This document shows positions 60,225-64,000 of a stretch of 64,000 nucleotides of DNA, one piece after another. Position 1 is the first letter of the stretch; every line of letters starts with the position of its first letter. This DNA comes from Candidatus Eremiobacteria bacterium. Lineage in GTDB: Bacteria > Vulcanimicrobiota > Vulcanimicrobiia > Vulcanimicrobiales > Vulcanimicrobiaceae. The translations under genes and the position numbers were made by a program. Below the pieces are notes generated by a model. The model was not told the origin of the DNA, ran no database searches, and saw only the letters and a program-made list of their open reading frames with translations. Location of the stretch: NCBI GenBank assembly GCA_963737065.1, contig CAVTRC010000001.1, positions 2,048,001-2,112,000 on the forward strand. The letters run 5' to 3'.

Positions 60225-60941
60225 CTATCTCAGCAGCGAGCGCCGCGCCGGACGCAGACGCAGGTTCTCGAGGCTAACGATTCCTTCGACAACAGCCGGA
60301 ACGAACCGTTCGTGAACGATACGTTGACATTGCCCCAAGTCGTCGAGCGAACCGCACAGCCCGCATGCGACGAACGCGTATTCGTTCTCACGAACGGGAA
60401 GCTTCGGAAAATCGTTTCGGCGTTCTTCCGTGATGAAATACGAAACGCCGTTCGCCGCAGTCGAAATAAGCGGAAGGGCGTCACGTTCGAAGGCGGTAAC
60501 GGTTGCTTCGCTCGCGGGCATTTCGAGCATCATCACGCAGACCCAAAGAAATCCTTGCACCTGGTCGTGCGCCGAGCGTTGGGGACGGACCATTCCGCGC
60601 AGATCAAAACCGCTTCTTTCTCGCGCGGGCCGCAAGAGCAACACATCGTCCGAATCGATCATGGTATCGTTTGCCGCATCGCGGTTCGCCCGCCATGCAT
60701 CAGACTCCACATAGAATGCCGTCAATGCAGCCGCGCGATCTTCGAATCGCGGAAAACCGCGGAGCCAGACGAATGCATCATCATTGTCGAGATCACGGTA
60801 GTGCCCGAGCGGGACCATCCCGCACGCCTCTTGAGTTTCGATGAAGTGCTCCTCGAAGAGCGCGACCAGATCGTCACGGCGGCCGGGCTTCATCCGGTAA
60901 CGCCGTAGTTCGATCGTCGCGAGCGCTGCGCCCGTAATCAT
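60225..60941 (-). CDS. NIPSNAP family protein
   Basis: ELRRYRMKPGRRD, FVWLRGF and ANDTMIDSDDVLLL motifs. Confidence 0.8.
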   Translation of the reverse strand: MITGAALATIELRRYRMKPGRRDDLVALFEEHFIETQEACGMVPLGHYRDLDNDDAFVWLRGFPRFEDRAAALTAFYVESDAWRANRDAANDTMIDSDDVLLLRPARERSGFDLRGMVRPQRSAHDQVQGFLWVCVMMLEMPASEATVTAFERDALPLISTAANGVSYFITEERRNDFPKLPVRENEYAFVACGLCGSLDDLGQCQRIVHERFVPAVVEGIVSLENLRLRPARRSLLR

Positions 60942-61426
60942 GGGCGCGTGAACTCCATGACCCAATTCGTTTGCCACGTCGCACGCGCGTCGGTAGAAAA
61001 TGCTTGCTCCCAGCGGCAGCCGGCGTTCCACGCTTTAGTCCATCGGTATCGGCAGACGATCGGGGTGCCGTCGTACTCTTCGTTGCTGAAGAAATCACCA
61101 ACGCCGTCGTCGTCGAACGCGCCGACGTTCGGCACGGTCACGAGTCCGCGCGGCGCGCTTGCCCAATAGAGGCTCCACAAGCCCGAATCGCGGTCGTACA
61201 GGCGCAGTGTCATGCCTTCGAAGGGGCCGTCGGGCGAGTCACCGTTGAATTCGTCGATGTTGCCCTTTCCGCCCCACAGCGGTCGTGCAACGGCTGACGT
61301 TTCGAACGTGTACCATACGTCTGTTCCCGAGAGCGGTTCGCGCAAACGGCGGTGCGCGACGCGCCACGCGCCATAGAGAAAGTCAAAGTCGCGCTGACCT
61401 TCGCGCGCCAAATGCGGCTTCATCAT
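60938..61426 (-). CDS. conserved hypothetical beta-barrel protein (DUF1579-like)
   Basis: DFDFLYGAW.V..RRL and RWEQAFS.D...TW.TNWVMEFTR motifs. Confidence 0.7.
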   Translation of the reverse strand: MMKPHLAREGQRDFDFLYGAWRVAHRRLREPLSGTDVWYTFETSAVARPLWGGKGNIDEFNGDSPDGPFEGMTLRLYDRDSGLWSLYWASAPRGLVTVPNVGAFDDDGVGDFFSNEEYDGTPIVCRYRWTKAWNAGCRWEQAFSTDARATWQTNWVMEFTRP

Positions 61427-61494
61427 ACGCTCAGGGTAGCCGCGGGCAGTGGCCCTAGGAAAGAGCCACGAACCGCTAAAATGACGGTACCACT

Positions 61495-62994
61495 ATGCCG
61501 TTGATCGTCGTCGACCGGAACTCGAACGTCCCGTTGCATCGCCAGGTCGCCTCCGGTTTGCGCGACGCTATCCTGCGCGGCCGGCTTGCCGCAGGCGAAC
61601 GTATCGTTTCCAGCCGCGAGCTGCAATCCGAGCTCGGCGTTTCGCGCAACACGATCGTCGACGCGCTCGGACAGTTACATGCCGAGGGGCATCTCGTTAC
61701 CGTGCGAGGCGTCGGTACATTCGTCAGCGACAATATTCCCCGCGCGCAAACGAATGGTCGCGCGGCACGTCGATTTACACCGTCATCGGATGCGGAACGC
61801 TACCTGGACGTCCGTGAGCTTGCGAGCAACGCAAGCATCACACGCCCGTTCCGTCCTTGCATTCCCGCATTGGATGCATTTCCGGTGTCCGACTTCAGAC
61901 GTTCCCTTACGCGCGCTGCGTCCGACACTGCGCTGCTCGACTATCCCGATCCGCAGGGATATGCGCCGTTGCGCGCACAGATCGCGAGCCGCGTCGCCCA
62001 GACCCGTGGCGCGTTTTGCTCGCCCGATCAAGTGTTCATTACAAACGGTGCTCAGGCCGCGTTTATCCTCATCGCGGACGCGTTGCTCAAGCGCGGTGAC
62101 CGTATCGTTATGGAGGATCCCGGGTATCCGAATGCACGCGCCGCCTTCGTCGCTCGCGGCCATCGCGTGATTAGCGTGGCAGTTGATGATCACGGTATCG
62201 ACGTTGAGGCGTTCGCTCGCCGAAACGCGAGGATCGCCTATGTGACGCCGTCGCACCAGCTTCCGTCCGGCGCCGTTCTCGCGCTCGAGCGGCGATTGAA
62301 ACTGCTCGACTGGGCGGAAGCGCGCGACGCATGGATCGTGGAGGATGACTACGACAGCGAGTTCCATTACACGAGCCGCGCCTTACCGTCGCTCTACGCG
62401 TTGAGCGAGCGCCAGCGCGTCGTCTACGTGGGGACGTTCAGTAAAGTACTCTCGCCCGCGCTGCGCATCGGATATGTAATCGTGCCGCCGATTCTGCGTG
62501 ACGTGTTTTCTGCTTGCCAAGCGGTAACGGGAGGCGTGCCGAGCGCGTTGCTGCAAGCGGCGCTCGCGGATTTTATGGAGCGCGGGCACTTCGCGCGCCA
62601 TATCCGCAAGATGCGGACGCTGTATAATGAACGTCGCGCGCACGTACAGGAACTGTTGCGAAAGACCGCGCTCTTCTCCGTTGCAGATACCGGCGCCGGA
62701 TTGCATTTTGTCGCGCTGCTCAACGCGCAGGTCGAGGACCGCGTTCTCAGTGCCGAAGCGCGAAAGGCGGGCATTGTGGTACCCGCGCTATCGACGTTCT
62801 ATTTCGAGCAGCCCGCTCAAAACGGATTGATCTTCGGATACGCGGCGACGGCGCTCGCGCAATCACGGCGCGCACTCGCAGAACTCGTCTCGCTAACCCG
62901 AAGCCTCGCCACGATGCGCTGCTGCACGGACGGTTGCGCTCATTCGAATCCCGAACGGCATCGGGCTGAACGATGCCGCTGTGCGCAGCGTTGA
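61495..62994 (+). CDS. MocR/GabR family PLP-dependent GntR regulator
   Basis: SSRELQSELGVSRNTI helix-turn-helix; YVTPSHQ, EDDYDSEF and GTFSK motifs. Confidence 0.92.
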   Translation: MPLIVVDRNSNVPLHRQVASGLRDAILRGRLAAGERIVSSRELQSELGVSRNTIVDALGQLHAEGHLVTVRGVGTFVSDNIPRAQTNGRAARRFTPSSDAERYLDVRELASNASITRPFRPCIPALDAFPVSDFRRSLTRAASDTALLDYPDPQGYAPLRAQIASRVAQTRGAFCSPDQVFITNGAQAAFILIADALLKRGDRIVMEDPGYPNARAAFVARGHRVISVAVDDHGIDVEAFARRNARIAYVTPSHQLPSGAVLALERRLKLLDWAEARDAWIVEDDYDSEFHYTSRALPSLYALSERQRVVYVGTFSKVLSPALRIGYVIVPPILRDVFSACQAVTGGVPSALLQAALADFMERGHFARHIRKMRTLYNERRAHVQELLRKTALFSVADTGAGLHFVALLNAQVEDRVLSAEARKAGIVVPALSTFYFEQPAQNGLIFGYAATALAQSRRALAELVSLTRSLATMRCCTDGCAHSNPERHRAERCRCAQR

Positions 62995-63007
62995 CGGCGA
63001 ACGGGAT

Positions 63008-64000
63008 CTAAGCAATCGCGTGCGCGAACGCGTCCTGATCGGTGGCAACGTAAAAGCGGTTTTTCGTCTCGCTCACGGCGGGCGCCCACGGATCGATTTG
63101 CTTGCGCGTGACGGGATCGTGAATCGTGGGTCCCGCCGCATCTTTATAATTCGAACCCCCAAACGGATCGAACGACGTACTCTCACGATGGGCCAGTACG
63201 AGGCTGTTAACGGCCGCCGACGCTTTCGCGGCATCGGTACGAACCGCGTCGCTCAACCGCGCGTCGCTTGCGATCCGGTCGTAGACGGCAATCGCGGGAC
63301 GATCGGCGTGCCACGGCATGTCGGGCGTCGCATCGGGAAAACGAACCATCCCTTGCACATCGCCGACGTCGCCACGCAACGCGCTGCGAGCGCTGGAATC
63401 TTTCGCGGCCGATGTCGCATCATCGTTGAACGTTCGGATGGCACGTTCGGCGGTCGCGAGTTTCGCGGGCGCGAGGTCGAGTACGTCGAACGCCGCAGCG
63501 GGCGCGAACGGTTCGAACCCCGGCCCGGCGTAGCGCGTGTTCATTACGGTGTCGACGACCGCACTTGCCATCGCTTTCCCGTCGCCCGTATTCCGTGCGA
63601 TCGCCTCGGCAACGGTCGTCGGAACGCCGGGTGAGACCATCGTTTCGGGGCTTGCTGCGAGATACTTGACGCCAGCGTGCGAGAGCGCGTCAGCGAAGCC
63701 GAGCGTGGACATCAAGCATTGATTCGCAACGACACCGTCGACGTTGCGATTGGCGTCTTCGGGATGCTGCTTGGCGTGGATCGCTTCGCCGTTGGCGATC
63801 GCGTTAGCGATCGACTGCATTGGCATGATACCGCCGTAGGAGTCCGCTTCAAGTCCGCCGCCGTCCCCTGCGCCATGATCGACGAGATCGATCCACGTTT
63901 GTTTGGCGCCGCTCCTTTCGGCATTGTCGAGCGTTTGCGCGACGAACTTCGCAAGATTCTCCGGGTCCGCCATATCCGCCGCCGAACCACGATGGAGCTG
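63008..64000 (-). CDS. clostripain-like (C11) cysteine peptidase, probably 5'-truncated by the window
   Basis: DHGAG and QCLMS candidate His/Cys dyad, plus ASPE; frame open to the window edge. Confidence 0.65.
   Translation of the reverse strand, partial: QLHRGSAADMADPENLAKFVAQTLDNAERSGAKQTWIDLVDHGAGDGGGLEADSYGGIMPMQSIANAIANGEAIHAKQHPEDANRNVDGVVANQCLMSTLGFADALSHAGVKYLAASPETMVSPGVPTTVAEAIARNTGDGKAMASAVVDTVMNTRYAGPGFEPFAPAAAFDVLDLAPAKLATAERAIRTFNDDATSAAKDSSARSALRGDVGDVQGMVRFPDATPDMPWHADRPAIAVYDRIASDARLSDAVRTDAAKASAAVNSLVLAHRESTSFDPFGGSNYKDAAGPTIHDPVTRKQIDPWAPAVSETKNRFYVATDQDAFAHAIA

Noticed and set aside
59286..62994. GNAT-OsmC-NIPSNAP-DUF1579 operon with a divergent MocR regulator as a novel system
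   Set aside because: These are common stress and detoxification families in an ordinary regulator-target arrangement; nothing distinctive was seen.

Overview
GC-rich bacterial chromosome window, probably from a diderm Terrabacteria lineage. Ca. Eremiobacterota/Vulcanimicrobiota is my best guess; this is an inference from a TonB-dependent receptor co-occurring with Gram-positive-type LexA boxes and Firmicutes-like gene order. The housekeeping backbone is lexA with a divergent LysM gene, panC-coaBC-coaX-dusB, greA-lysS, truA-rplM-rpsI, an RND pump, metF, secDF and a HIRAN-DEAH helicase. Four regions stand out. (1) A split, miniaturised flagellar-type export and basal-body gene set (32.4-54 kb) whose FliF is fused to a FliG middle domain, with no torque domain, stator, flagellin or L/P rings in the window. 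(2) A TIR-STAND-TPR gene plus a SLOG-SLATT membrane gene lying between fliP and fliQ, a candidate nucleotide-signalling defence system. (3) A transaminase / START-SRPBCC / acyl-ACP-reductase-like operon that may make long-chain alkylamines. (4) A family of structured intergenic repeats showing covariation, plus a tRNA-like gene with a non-canonical anticodon loop and an inverted half-copy. Several single-base frameshifts, including one in essential rplM, point to indel sequencing errors. All family assignments come from motif recognition by eye; no searches were run.
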